Part shown: one piece after another, positions 37,171 through 49,562 of the stretch | Numbering within the stretch: position 1 is the stretch's first letter | Layout of the letters: each line of letters opens with the position of its first letter | From: Octopus bimaculoides | Taxonomy: Eukaryota | Assembly: GCF_001194135.2 (NCBI RefSeq) | Contig: NC_068984.1 | Location: forward strand, 118,691,085-118,755,084 | Length of the DNA: 64,000 bases | Direction: 5' to 3' | Made by a program: the position numbers and the translations under genes | The notes under the pieces: generated by a model | Seen by the model: only the letters and a program-made list of their open reading frames with translations | What the model was told of the DNA's origin: nothing | Database searches by the model: none

Positions 37171-37734
37171 NNNNNNNNNNNNNNNNNNNNNNNNNNNNNN
37201 NNNNNNNNNNNNNNNNNNNNNNNNNNNNNNNNNNNNNNNNNNNNNNNNNNNNNNNNNNNNNNNNNNNNNNNNNNNNNNNNNNNNNNNNNNNNNNNNNNNN
37301 NNNNNNNNNNNNNNNNNNNNNNNNNNNNNNNNNNNNNNNNNNNNNNNNNNNNNNNNNNNNNNNNNNNNNNNNNNNNNNNNNNNNNNNNNNNNNNNNNNNN
37401 NNNNNNNNNNNNNNNNNNNNNNNNNNNNNNNNNNNNNNNNNNNNNNNNNNNNNNNNNNNNNNNNNNNNNNNNNNNNNNNNNNNNNNNNNNNNNNNNNNNN
37501 NNNNNNNNNNNNNNNNNNNNNNNNNNNNNNNNNNNNNNNNNNNNNNNNNNNNNNNNNNNNNNNNNNNNNNNNNNNNNNNNNNNNNNNNNNNNNNNNNNNN
37601 NNNNNNNNNNNNNNNNNNNNNNNNNNNNNNNNNNNNNNNNNNNNNNNNNNNNNNNNNNNNNNNNNNNNNNNNNNNNNNNNNNNNNNNNNNNNNNNNNNNN
37701 NNNNNNNNNNNNNNNNNNNNNNNNGAGCCACTGC

Positions 37735-37815
37735 CTGGTACTGCATCCGGGCATTCTGGTACTGCATCCGGGCATCCTGGTACTGCATCCGGGCATCCTG
37801 GTACTGCATCCGGGT
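37735..37815. repeat. 21-bp minisatellite (ctggtactgcatccgggcaty), approx. 4 copies next to a gap
   Basis: Direct reading. No spacers between units. Confidence 0.95.
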
Positions 37816-38450
37816 ATTATTGTTATTATTACTATATTTACATTTCTAAAACTGTGATGTGTGTGTGTGAGAGACAGAGAGAGAAAGAAAAAGTGAGAGA
37901 GAGAGAGACAAAGGGAGTGGGAAAAGCATCCAATGAGTTGTTTCAACGAGAAGTAGCGCATCCGATTGAAGAGGATGTCCAGCTGACAGAGAGGATGAAA
38001 GGAGTGAGCAGTTACACATACACAGACGCGCGCGCGCACACACACACACATTAAAAAACATAATAAATGCGCAAACAAACGGAAAACAGTCACAGGTCAT
38101 CAACTCCTCATCACTTATCAGCCAGAGGGTCAAACGCAATTTCGCGCCTTACATTAATATTGTTCTCTTCTGGTGGCGCCAGCAACAACAAGAAGCAGCT
38201 GGGAAATGGGACCAAAACGTAACAGAACGAGAACGAACAAATAAGAAATGGATAAATATGCAATAGAGAAATGGACATATGAACATGAATTTGATACAAG
38301 ACGAGCCCGTTAGTGGACGGACGAGGGACAAAGAGGAAATGAAGAATCAGAATACGGCCTTAGGGTCAGACAGAGACGAAGGTATGGTTAACGCTAAAAG
38401 GAAAATCCTAAAGGATTATATATATATATATGTGTGTGTCACACACACAT

Positions 38451-38612
38451 GGCGCAGCGAGGATGTGTGGTAAGAAGCTTACTTCCGAACAACAGTTCCG
38501 GGTTCAGTCCTACTCCATGTCGCCTTCGACAAGTGTCTTCTACTATATAGCCTAAGGTCAACCAAAGCCTTCTGAGTGGATTTGGTAAACGGAAACTTGA
38601 AGAAGTCCGTCG
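38451..38612 (+). mobile_element. SINE family A, 5' half
   Basis: ggcgcagcgaggatgtgtggtaagaagcttacttcc...ccgggttcagtcc...aaagcc...gagtggatttggtaaacggaaac. Confidence 0.85.
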
Positions 38613-38734
38613 TGTGTGTGTGTGTGCCTTTGTGAGAGGAGCTCAAGAAAGCCATCGCCCAAAGCCAGAGTAAGACAACATCAATGCAAGAGATAGAGGC
38701 AAGAAGACTTCTTTGGGAGCCTTGTGAAATATGG

Positions 38735-38975
38735 TCGTATGCTTCTCCTTACACTGTTCGGCATTCTTTTCACCCTCGTACTAATGCACACCTTTGGAAC
38801 GTTATTTAATAGTGTTTACCTTCACATTAGACTGGACAGGAAGCAGCTCAGTTTGTTCTAGATGACAGCGAAACCCTAAGAACGTAAAGTACTCATCAGG
38901 AAATGTTGTTTGCAGACGATGCGTCACAGGCGACATAATCTGAATAACGACTGCAACGCCTTTGAACAAATTCTC
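38735..38975 (+). mobile_element. RTE-clade LINE reverse-transcriptase fragment
   Basis: LTLFGILFTLVLMHTFG...VYLHIRLD...KVLIR(E)MLFADDA...RLQRL matches the RTE RT catalytic region (PTLFGIFF...REMLFADD). Confidence 0.85.
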
Positions 38976-39040
38976 AAGCTACTATTCCCCACACAAGCCA
39001 AAATTCCTTGAACAAAACCCCTATGTTTAAAATGTACAGT

Positions 39041-39372
39041 GTTGTTGTTGGCACTCGGTCGCTTACGACGTCGAGGGTTCCAGTTGATCCGATCAACGGA
39101 ACAGCCTGCTCGTGAAATTAACGTGTACCCTTAACGTAGTTTTCAGGGATATTCAGCGTGACACAGTGTGACAAGGCTGAACCTTTGAATTACAGGCACA
39201 ACAGAAACAAGAAGTGAGAGAAAGTTGTGGTGAAAGAGTACAGCAGGGTTCGCCACCATCCCCTGCCGGAGCCTCGTGGAGCTTTAAGTGTTTTCGCTCC
39301 CCACAACGCCCGGTCTGGGAATCGAAATCGCGATCCTATGACCGCGAGTCCACTGGGCCATTGCGCCTCCAC
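39041..39372 (-). mobile_element. SINE family C with small internal deletions
   Basis: 12-bp TSD aaaatgtacagt at 39029-39040 and 39373-39384. Confidence 0.92.
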
Positions 39373-39474
39373 AAAATGTACAGTAATGTAAACTATACAT
39401 ACAATTATAAAAAAAATACATAGCTAAAGAAATAGATTTTTCAAAACGACAAACTATAAAAATATTAAGAGTAA

Positions 39475-39800
39475 AAAGTAAAGACCCCCTTTGGTCATGA
39501 ATGACTATGGGATTGCATCTAGAAAGTTACTCTCGGGATACAAGTCCGGGCAAGGTTGTTTATGGAAGATAGCAGTCACCTACGCATACCGGCCTCCCCC
39601 TCCACTTTGCTTAAAGGAAAAGGCCGATACAATTTGGAACCAGTGACGTCACAACTCATTTCTATAGCTGAGTGAACTGGAACAACATGAAATAATGTGT
39701 CTTGTTCAAGAACTCAACACATAGCCCGGTCCGGGAATCGAACTCATTACTTCATGACTGGAAGCCTGATGCTCTAACCATTGTGCCATGCACCTTCACA
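39475..39800 (-). mobile_element. tRNA-derived SINE (family F)
   Basis: Minus-strand head gtgaaggtgcatggcacaatggttagagc...gagttcgattcccggaccggg (A/B boxes), followed by caagacac...ccagttcactcagct core. Confidence 0.8.
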
Positions 39801-40039
39801 TAAGAGGATATTATTACTTCATTAATTAAATTAACGATAAGAGCGACCACAAACAGTAACTTTCGTTGAAAACTACTTATTTAAAGCGCGCGTGCTCACA
39901 CACACACACACACACTTGAAAGAATAATAAAACAATTTCAGTAATGTTTCAAATATTGAAATATCACCGATGTTACTTTCTGTTATTCTTTCATTTATGA
40001 TTTGTTCTGTTCATTCTATTTCGACGTGCATGCAATTAT

Positions 40040-40385
40040 AGAGACCAAAATCATAGGAGTCGCCAGGGAACCACAATGGCTTACTGTACGATAGCAAAAT
40101 TCAAGCAAGCACAGATTTTATAAGTTTAAGTACTTGGGCTTCATTATTGATCAAACAGTAGACTGCAAAAAGAAAATCAGAGCAAGACTTGGTGCTGGAA
40201 TATCAGCCTTGAGCTCACGCAATACAATGAGAAGAGACGGTGTCCTCAACAAAACATGAAGCTGAGACTTTTAAAAACCCTGATCTAGTCGATATGGATG
40301 TGAAACATAGACCCTAAGGATAGCTGATACCGAGTAACTAAGAGCGTTCGAGATTATGTACTACAAGCGAGCGCTACTGGATCTT
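40040..40385 (+). mobile_element. RTE-clade LINE fragment (post-RT region)
   Basis: FKYLGFIID...DCKKKIRARL...KLRLLKTLI...YGCET-TL...LRAFEIMYYKR matches the RTE FKYLGS...YGCETWT...FEMWCYRR motif. Confidence 0.85.
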
Positions 40386-42164
40386 TCTGATTTGGCGGGC
40401 GCCACTTTATTTATGTTTTATTTAGTGTGAGAAAGATCCCAAAAACTGCAATATTTTGGCAGTGTTATCAGGTCTTAGAACCTCTGCGTCCACGTCTACG
40501 GGAAAGATGAAAATGGAACAATGACTTAAAGGAAGTAGGCAAGGAGGGCTCTGGAGTGTACAGCTGCAGCACGAGACTGGTGTGTGGTGAAGAGTTGTAG
40601 TTGTGAGCGAGGTACCGGACTCTCAGTCACAAGGATGGGCACTTATATTCATTCATTCATTCACTTACGCGCGCGCGAACTCACACACGCAGACACACAC
40701 AGTGTATGTGTGGTTGCGTGTGTGTCTACGTATTTATTCTCAATGAATCCTCTTACCGATTTTTGGTACTTCTTCGGAATTCCCCCCGCCCCCAAGATCT
40801 CACACTAATTAAATAAATAAAGCAAAAAGGCATTGTTTCACAAGTCAGTAAAATATTTTAAAGAAAGGCGACACATTTATTTTTGACTACTTGTATATAA
40901 AGTAAAAAAAAAAAAAATGCCCGCTAGCGTCTGAAAATTAATACATTTCAAAAATGTTTTGTATAAACTATTTTCTTTTAAACGTTTCACTTTTGTGTCT
41001 TAATTAGACGTGAAAAATCTATAACTATTGAAGTGGCTTTGATGAAATCTTATTTCAAATAATTCTTTATTTATTTATTTATTTATTTATTTATTTTACT
41101 TTTCACGCGGTTCCTTCGTAACTTAATCCATGGCAGACAGTGTGAGGAGACTTGAGTCAATTATACGCATTGCAAAGTAACAGAAAGGATGACGAAGGAG
41201 ATAGGCAAGAGAAAGAGGTGAGGGGATGAAAAAGGCGACTTGCTGAGGAGCGGAAGCAGACGAAAGAGAAACATTACTGTAACATTTTTATATTATAGAG
41301 TACGTCTAGGAAATAACCAAATATTGGATTTAGAGAGCGTGTAACAAACCAAGTTATGTTTTGTCCTTTTTTAATGGTCCAGTGTAAATGCAGAGGTCCC
41401 AGACAGGCATTGTCATACATATGTTATGCGATATTTGTGGGCGTTTAGATATTTCTATATTGCTGATAAATGTTACCAGGTGAAGGCATGGAACATGCAA
41501 ACGTTCCTTTGCGTCACATGTAAAAGTAAATCGATAATATAGTAATTATAAATATGTTTTAATTTGGAAGGAAAAGAGCACGAATAACATGAAAGAAAAG
41601 AAATACTGGTGACATTTCCGAGGGTGACCTGAATCAATTTATCATTCATAGTTCTTATAATGTTGCCAAGTATATATATATCCCTTGACAATATTTTACA
41701 ATATCAATGATTATTATATATCATTACTATAATCAAACACTATATTGATGATTAAAATATTACTCCTTGTTTAAAATATTATTGACTTTTCAATCCTTTC
41801 GCTTTTGGGAATTTGTCTGAATTTATTCTTAAATCTTGTAGAGAAATTTTTTTTTTTAATCTTCTGGTTTACAGTCACCAAGGGTAGTAACTCGTGCTAA
41901 ATACATCGAGTTGTCTCCTTCTGCAAGGAATGCGTCTCAAACCTGTTTTTTTTTTCCATATATATATATATATATATATAAAGCTTACATTTATATTAGT
42001 TAATTTTCCAGTTTGTGTGTCTTTTTGTAATATCCAGTTAACCCTGAAGACAAACTTTCAAAGTTGGGTTCTCAGCTGTTCAGCGGTGAAAAGTTCACCC
42101 CCAACCCCGCCATACACATACTTTATTCTTAATATTGAACATAAGAGTAATCAAATTGGTAGTA

Positions 42165-42360
42165 TCGCAAGCTCGCCAGGCAAAGTGTTTTGCTGTATTT
42201 GTTCTCGCTTTTTACTTACTGAATTCAAATCCTGTCGAGGTCAGCTTTGCTTTTCAACCCTCCAGGGTCGATAAAATAAAGTACCAATCAAATAACAGGG
42301 GTGATTTAATCGACAACCCCTTCCCCTATGAAATTGCTGGCCTTTCTAGATTAGAAACAA
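42165..42360 (+). mobile_element. SINE family B (short-tail variant)
   Basis: gcaagctcgccaggcaaagtg...gaattcaaatcc..tcgaggtcagctttgc...gggtcgataaaataaagtacc...gaaattgctggcc. Confidence 0.8.
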
Positions 42361-42617
42361 TATTTACACTAGGACCAGACTAATTACATTTAGAGCCCAT
42401 TATCAGTTAAACCAAAACACTGATCACTTGGGGGTAAACACTGCACAACGAAGCAATTTTCAGAGAAGTCCAGATTTTACCAGACACTACTATCACAGAA
42501 GGAAGCAACACTAAAAATGCAAACAAACGTCACGACAAGAAAACCAACGTAGAATTCTTGACAAAATAAGAAATGATAATTCATGGGAATAACAATTAAT
42601 TTTTTAAAGAAAGATAA

Positions 42618-42985
42618 ATAGGAGCAGGCATTTTGTGACCACGTGGTTTCGAGTTCTGTCCCTGTGTGTGGCTCCATAGGCGTTTTCTGATATATCCCCA
42701 GGCTAACCAATACCTTGAGAGTGAATTTGGTAGGTGGAAATTGTGTAGAAGCTCATCGTATGGGGGGGGGGGGTGTTTGTGTTTATACCCCACCCCCTAA
42801 CACTTAGTAACTGGTCTTAGTTTGTTTACGTCCAAGTAACTTGGTGGTTCAGTGAAAAAGATTAATAGAATAAATTCCAGACTTAAAAAAAAAGAACTGC
42901 GGTTGATTTGTTTGACTAAAAACCTTTCAAGGTGTGCTCCAGCATGACCACAATCCAATGGCTGAAACAGGTAAAATGGTAAAAG
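42618..42985 (+). mobile_element. SINE family A, decayed near-full copy
   Basis: Head-body-tail order recognisable. Confidence 0.7.
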
Positions 42986-44088
42986 GCAGATATGCATTTA
43001 AAAGAGATTTTTTTTTTAATGTAAGCTTATTATTGAGAAGAAAATTGTGGAACTTTCGAACAAATTCAGTTATCTCAAAAACTGCATAATTTGAGACAGC
43101 AATACAAGACAAATGGAAGAATGAAGATTGGAAAAGCTAAAGATATTTCACAGAAATTAAAACATGTGGCTGTGTGATAACAAGTTTGTTTCCCAACCAC
43201 ATGATTCCCGGTAAGTGTCCTCTACAACAACCTTAGACCAACCAAAGCCTTGTGAATGGGTTTGGTGGGTGGAAACCAAAAGATGCCCCCCCTCTCTCTC
43301 TCTGTGTGCATGCATGTGTGTGTCATTGTTTGTCTCCCTAGTGAAAGTTCGTGACTTGGGTGTTAGAGCATTCAGCTAAAGATCGTGATTTCAATTTCCA
43401 GTAGCACATTGTTCCAGTCCACTCAGCTGGCAAAAATGAGTAGTACCTGTATTTCAAAGAACCAAACTTGTCAAATCCTGTGTCACACTGAATCTCCATG
43501 AGAATTACATTAAGGGTACATGTGTCTGTAGAGTGCTCAGTTGCTTGCACATTAATTTCACAAGCTGGCTGTTTTGTTGACCATATCAACTAGAACCCTC
43601 ATAATCATGTCTGATGGAATGCCAATTTGTCTTGTACCACTTCTTGACAGCCAGTGTTGGTGTGTTTGACCCCATATCTTAACAGTTCGACAAAAGAGAA
43701 TAACAATGTAAGCACTGGGGTTGATTTATTCAACTAAAATTTTTCAAGGTGGTACTCCAGCTTGGCAACAGTCTGAATGAAACAAATAAAAGATAACACA
43801 AGCCAACACAAAACTATTGATTAAAATAAGAGATAAGGTTTTATGGCATTAAATTACTAAGCATAGATTTCTTTACACTAAGATACAGCCATAAAATTAC
43901 AGGAGAGATTCAAATCAACATTGGTATATAACAGTCAAAATAACAGAGTCCAAGGAAACTGCTGGTGGTCTGCTTTGGTAAAAATTAGTACTACTTAATT
44001 TATTAATTTTAGCAAGGTGCTAAATGATTTTTGATCAGAATAAAAAAGCAATGTAACTTAATGCAATTTCTCTGCCATTGCTCTATAA

Positions 44089-44348
44089 CAGTCTTTCTCA
44101 ACCCTTTTTAACTGGTGGATCCCTTTGATTCCTATTTTGAGATGGACCCCCCCCCCAAGACATTCAATATTTTAAAAATCTTATTGCATTTTTATAATTA
44201 AATATCATTAGGAATTGTATAAAAATAAAAAGTGTTAAAATATTTTGTGTATTGTAGAAGTATTTAGAATTTATTGCAGATAAATTCTAGCAACAAAATT
44301 TTATGTGAATCCTCAAGGGCCATATAGACCCCCAGTTGAAAACCAATG
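44089..44348 (+). mobile_element. hAT (Charlie-like) MITE
   Basis: TIR cagtctttctcaacc ... gttgaaaaccaatg. 8-bp TSD ctctataa / gtctataa. Internal sequence similar to 45345-45658. Confidence 0.8.
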
Positions 44349-44506
44349 GTCTATAATNNNNNNNNNNATATTTTGTGTATTGTAGAAGTATTTAGAATTT
44401 ATTGCAGATAAATTCTAGCAACAAAATTTTATGTGAATCCTCAAGGGCCATATAGACCCCCAGTTGAAAACCAATGGTCTATAATTTCTGCCATTCTATT
44501 ACTTTG

Positions 44507-44544
<38 letters not shown>

Positions 44545-45344
44545 ACTATCAAATGGACCATAAAAGTGAAAATTTATTTTCACCATACATGATGCACATG
44601 TACAAAGATTAAAAAGGTACAAATCTAAAACAAAACAAATATTCAATTCAGATGCATTGCAGAGAAAGCAAAAGTTGAGAAAAACCAAAATTTATGCAAC
44701 TGACAACATAAGCAGGTGAATTAGCTAGCACAATATCAGGAAGGAATACAATTTCTAAAGACCATGTGAAAGATCATCTCCCTCAGTGCTCGTAATGGTA
44801 ATTAGAGATGACTATTCTGACAGAAAATACATTTAGAAAAGTTTTGTTTCAAGTTACAAAGTGATAGTGATGTATTCAATCTAGCATTTTATATGGAAGA
44901 GATAGAAGATTAAAGAACTCAACAGAAAGTACAATAGCTAAATGCTTTGATACTGTACAGTAGATTTGTTAAAGTATTGGAGACACATGCACATGTATGT
45001 ACACGTGCACACACACACACACACACACACAAACACAATCATCATCATCATAATTGTCATCACTACCACCACCACTATCATCATCATCGTAAGTCCAGGT
45101 TGTCAAAGTCCAAATAAATTCTTTGTAGGAACCACTGTTCTCACTGACTGGTGTTTATATGTGTTATATTGACTGGGTTTCTATGGCTTGATGCCCTTCA
45201 TAACACCAACCACTTTACAGAGTGTACTTGAAGCACCTTCTAATGATACCAATATTAATGAGGTTGTTGTGTCCTCAGTGAGACAAGCGCAAAGGGACTT
45301 CACAACCCTACTTTTCCTTTGCTCACTTCCCAATTCCTCTAGAG

Positions 45345-45658
45345 TAGGGATCCTCAACTATCTTTTTACCTATGGACCCCTTTGATCCCTCTTTCACTTG
45401 GGTGAACCCCCATAGCCATTCAATGTTTAAATATTCCTATTGTATTTTTTATAATTAAATATTATTAGGACTTGTATAAAAAATTGTTTAAATACTTTGT
45501 GTATTGTGGCTGCATATCCAGTTTATTGCACATAAACTTAACTGGTCTGAGGCACAATTTATTTATGGTCTCTGAAAAATTACCACGGACTCCCAATTTA
45601 CTATATTGCATCCATGGACCTTGCAAAATCTTATATGGACCCTGGTTGAGAACCCTTG
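45345..45658 (+). mobile_element. hAT (Charlie-like) MITE with perfect TSD
   Basis: TIR tagggatcctcaact ... ggttgagaacccttg. Perfect 8-bp TSD CTCTAGAG at 45337-45344 and 45659-45666, matching the NTCTAGAN target preference of Charlie-type hATs. Confidence 0.9.
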
Positions 45659-46249
45659 CTCTAGAGGTTGTATGGAGGGAGACCTTTTGCCATGGCAGCA
45701 GCATAGAAATGGGTAACTTGCATACTTGATTATTGTAAAAACTACCCTAAGTCATGCACTTTTACCCAGATAATATGACCAAGGAAGGGAAAAGAGGAGA
45801 GAGAGAGAGAGAGCAATGACAGTAGAAAAGCCAAAATGAGTGAATGAAAGGAGAGAGAGAGAGAGAGAGAGAGAGAGGGTCATTGGGTTGAAATCAGGAG
45901 AGAGTGATGGACGATAGCAGAGGTGGACAAAGGTAAGAGTAGGTGACAGATGACAAAAGAAGTGGCCAAGGTAAGAGTGAGTGATGACTGGCAGTATAGA
46001 AAGGGTAAAGTTAAAGTGTATTGGATACAAGAGGTTCAATGCAGTGATACCTAACTATTGACCTCTGTACTTGACTGGTACTTTATTTTGGCATCATTGA
46101 AAGGATGAAAGGCAAAGGTGACTTTAGTAGGATTTGAACTCAAAACATTCATAACATTGTATTAATGAGGGGAAAATATTTAAGCATCACACTGAATCAG
46201 GAATTTGGAGTACAAAGATTATGCCCTCATATCAAATAATAATAACCAT

Positions 46250-46945
46250 ATCTACTATTGACATAAGGCCTGAAATTTGGAAGGAAGGTGTTAGTTGATG
46301 ACATTGAAATTAATTAATATTCAACCAGTACTTATTTTATTTGCCCTGAAAAGATGAAAGGCAAACTCAACCTTGGTGGAATTTGAAGTCAGAATGTTCA
46401 TAACATTGTATTAATGAGAGGAAAAACAATAAACTTCATACTACATCAGGAATTCAAACTATGAAAATATTTGTCTTTGTTTAAAAAATTAATAGTAATG
46501 GTTTATAATTTAAGTACAAGGAGTAATTTTGAGGGGAGGGGATAATCAATATCATTGACCCCAGTGTATGACTAGTACTTTATTTTATTGACCCCAGGGA
46601 GATGAAAAGTAAAGTTGATCTTGGTAGGAACTGAACTCGGAATGTAAACAGTTAGGAAGAATACCACAAAGCATTTTTACTAATGCTCTAATGAATCTGC
46701 CGGCCTTAATAAATAATTCTTTCTACTATAAGCACAAGGCCTGAAATTTGGCGGGGGGTGGGGGCTAGTTTGTTTGTTGCATTGATTCCAGTGTTCAGCT
46801 GGTACTTATTTTATTGATTCCAAACCAATGAAAAGCAAAGTCGACCTTGACAAAATTTGAGCTCAAAACAAACAGAGAGCTGGAAGAGATGCCATTAAGC
46901 ATTTTATCCAGCATGCTAATGATTCTGTCAGCTACCACCTTTCCA
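46250..46945 (-). mobile_element. Cluster of three antisense SINE family B copies
   Basis: Three repeats of ...cagtacttattttattgacccc...gatgaaaggcaaagtcgaccttg...atttgaactc. Confidence 0.75.
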
Positions 46946-46949
46946 TTAT

Positions 46950-47510
46950 CATCATCATCGTTGTCATCGTTTAACGTCCGCTTTCCATGCTGGCATGGGT
47001 TGGGCGGTTTGACCGAGGGCTGGTGAGCCAGAAGGCTGCACCAGGCCCCAGTCTGATCTGGCAAAGTTTCTACAGCTGAATGCCCTTCCTAGTGCCAACC
47101 ACTCCGAGACTGTAGTGGGTGCTTTTATGTGCTACCGACACGAGGGCCAGTCATGTGGTACTGGCATCAGCCACGCTCAAATGGTGCTTTTTACATGCCA
47201 CCTGCACAGGAGCCAGTCCAGCAGCACTAGCAACGACCACGCTCAAATGGTGTTTCTTACGTACCACCGGCACAGGAGCCAGTTAGGCGACGCTGGCAAC
47301 AATCACGCTCGAATGGTGCTTTTAACATTCCACTGGCACAGGTGCCAATCAGTCGGTACTGTCATTGGCCATGACAATAATTTCACTTGCCTCAACAAGT
47401 CTTCACAAGCGTAGTTTATTGTCCAATGATTGAAGGGTACTCTTAAATGGGCTGGTTATACAGTACTGGCATAGGCCACGGTTATGGTCTCACTTGGCTT
47501 GCTGGATCTT
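46950..47510 (-). mobile_element. SINE-like family D, long copy with four approx. 66-bp tandem units
   Basis: Same tail as 11930-12281. Units gtgcttttacgtgccaccggcacaggagccagtc...ctggcaacgaccacgctcaaatg at approx. 47115-47380. Confidence 0.85.
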
Positions 47511-49103
47511 AAATAGATAAATAACAATTTCGAATTGTGGCACAAGGCCAGCAATTTGGGGGAAAGGAGTAAGTTGATTACATGAACCCCAGTGCTCAAC
47601 TAGTGCTTATTTCATTGACCTCAAAAGGATGAAAGACAAAGTTGACCTCAGTGGAATTTGAACTCAGAAAATAAAGACAGATGAAAAACTGCTATGCATT
47701 TTATCAAGTGTGGTAATGAATCAGCCAGCTGTTGCATTTCCTTATTAAATGTATAAATAATGAAAATAGTTTTATTTCTATTTAAAGCTTTTAATTTTTT
47801 TTTTGTTTTGTTTTGCTTTTTCATGTTTTTTTATTACCTCCACATTTTATATTAATCGCTTGATATTAATCACTTATGAAAAGAAAGAAAGAAAGAAAGA
47901 AAGAAAATAATGTAATGAAGTTAATTTAAAATAACCTAATTCAAGGAGGAATTTTCTATGAGTGGAATAATTCAGGGATGAAATTTTCAAGGGTGGAATT
48001 TTCTTTTCAAACAGCCACACATAACTTCAATTCAGAATCACTTGACCATATTACTTGGTTTCTTATTTTACAAATCTATTTTAATTTATATCATTGAAAA
48101 AGTGGTGGTGGTGATGGTGGAAGTGGTGATGGTGGTGGTAGCAGTGGTGGTAAGGCATTTATATAATAACTAAGCTCTTGGCTTCAGCATTTCTAAACCA
48201 TGGTTGAACGTCTTAGTATTAAACTTAACTGCAGCTGTTCCTTCTTTTAGCTGTAATGATTTTTCTAAATAGAGATTTCTATAATGCTGAGAGAGTGTAC
48301 TATCTTTCTAAATAAAACCTTTACAATGCTGTAACAATTCAACATGAATGTCAAAGATAATTTAAGCAGCTGTTATTTAATCATAGAACAGTTTCTCACT
48401 ATCAAATCAACTTAGCATATATTTTGCCTTTCAGAATAAACAGAAAAAAAAAGTGTATTATGCTGTGTGGCTAAAAAGCTTGCATCTTAACCACATGGTT
48501 TCAGGTTTAGCTCCTCTTCAGATAGTTCAGACAAGTGAAGGGCTCATAAGCCAATGGCAATTCAATGCATTGGGCCCAACAGTATTTCTTTACTGAGGGC
48601 AAGCCACAGCACATATAGATCAGAATGGGGTCTAGAAATCTGTGGGCTCTCTGGGTAACTTCCCAGTGTGTCCATGCCTTGAGACAGAACTGGACAAGTA
48701 TATTTCATTATAGCATCAGGCCAGCCAAAGCCTTGTTAGTGAATTTGGTTGACAGAAAATGAAAAAGACAGCTCTCTCTCTCTCTCTAGACCCCTAGCTA
48801 TCTGGCTACTTCCCCAACGACTCCTGGGAAAACAGTGCAGAATGTAGAAAAAGCAAGATTAATAAAGGAATTCGACTTATATCTGGAATACAAAGTAGTC
48901 CAAGTAAGAATGGAACCAATGAAACTGAGTTTCAGCTGGACTCAGATTCACTAAGGAAAAAGAAAGCAAAATTTGAGGCAAAAAAGGAGAGTTTTGAGAT
49001 ATATTTCATGCTTATTTCAAACCATCAGTATGGCACTCAAACTTAACAAGCCCTAATATGATGGGAACTAAAATATTCTATCTAATTAAAACGAAAGTAG
49101 TGC

Positions 49104-49379
49104 CTAATACAGTTCTATATTTAAGAGATGAGGAATTATGTACATTATTTACATTATTTACATGTTATTGAACCCTGATTTAGAGTGTGCGTGTGTGTGT
49201 GTGCATGTGTGTGTGTGTGCATGTGTGTGTGTGTGCATGTGTGTGTGTGTGTGCATACATACGTGCATGCGTGTTCTAGATCAGGTTGATTAAATGCCCG
49301 CGGGCATATGGCATAGTGGTTAAGAGCGCGGGCTACTAACCCCAAGATTCCGAATTCAATTCCAAGCAATGACCTGAAC

Positions 49380-49420
<41 letters not shown>

Positions 49421-49562
49421 CAACATCGAAGAATACCTTAGAAATGAGAACTCAGGTTCGAAATTTCCCCAAGACACCTGAAGAATGCTGAAAGGTATAT
49501 CAGCTGAAAGGTGTTAACAACAAACAAGACGAGGACAAATATCTGTCGAATGTAAATAATGT
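49104..49562 (+). mobile_element. Composite tRNA-headed SINE (family E) with hammerhead-like fold, inverted terminal copy and TSD
   Basis: A box tggcatagtgg (49309-49319), B-box-like gaattcaattcc (49352-49363), (AAT)n, HHR-like 49474-49514. 15-bp perfect inverted match 49141-49155 vs 49549-49563. Flanking 15-bp direct repeat aaac(g/a)aaagtagtgc at 49089-49103 and 49563-49577. Confidence 0.75.

Noticed and set aside
37735-37815. CRISPR-like 21-bp repeat
   Set aside because: No spacers; it is a minisatellite.
38190-38240. 46-nt minus-strand exon candidate (cccag|CTGC...TAAT|gtaagg)
   Set aside because: Splice motifs only, with no recognisable peptide and no phase partner.
38890-38900. CUGAUGA on the minus strand (also approx. 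1193, 14168, 18857, 19653; plus strand approx. 8529, 18766, 59196)
   Set aside because: No stem II followed by GAAA and NUH. The 38.9-kb case is antisense RTE coding sequence.
44357-44484. Apparent 120-bp tandem duplication of the hAT MITE 3' end
   Set aside because: Identical copies on either side of a 10-N gap indicate an unmerged contig overlap.
47115-47380. CRISPR-like array, or HDV-like ribozyme, in family D units
   Set aside because: Units are contiguous with no unique spacers and the context is eukaryotic. P1- and P3-like stems can be drawn, but P2 and the J4/2 catalytic C-x-A-A segment do not fit.
48480-48525. Minus-strand CUGAAGA GG..CC UGAAAC CAUGUG GUU motif
   Set aside because: It arises from a SINE A head hairpin joined to unrelated DNA. 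Stem II has an extra base and stem I does not pair.
48790-48905. Possible plus-strand exon (ag|ACCCCT...CAA|gtaaga) with two open frames
   Set aside because: The acceptor is a (CT)n microsatellite end, the peptide is unrecognisable, and there are no partner exons.
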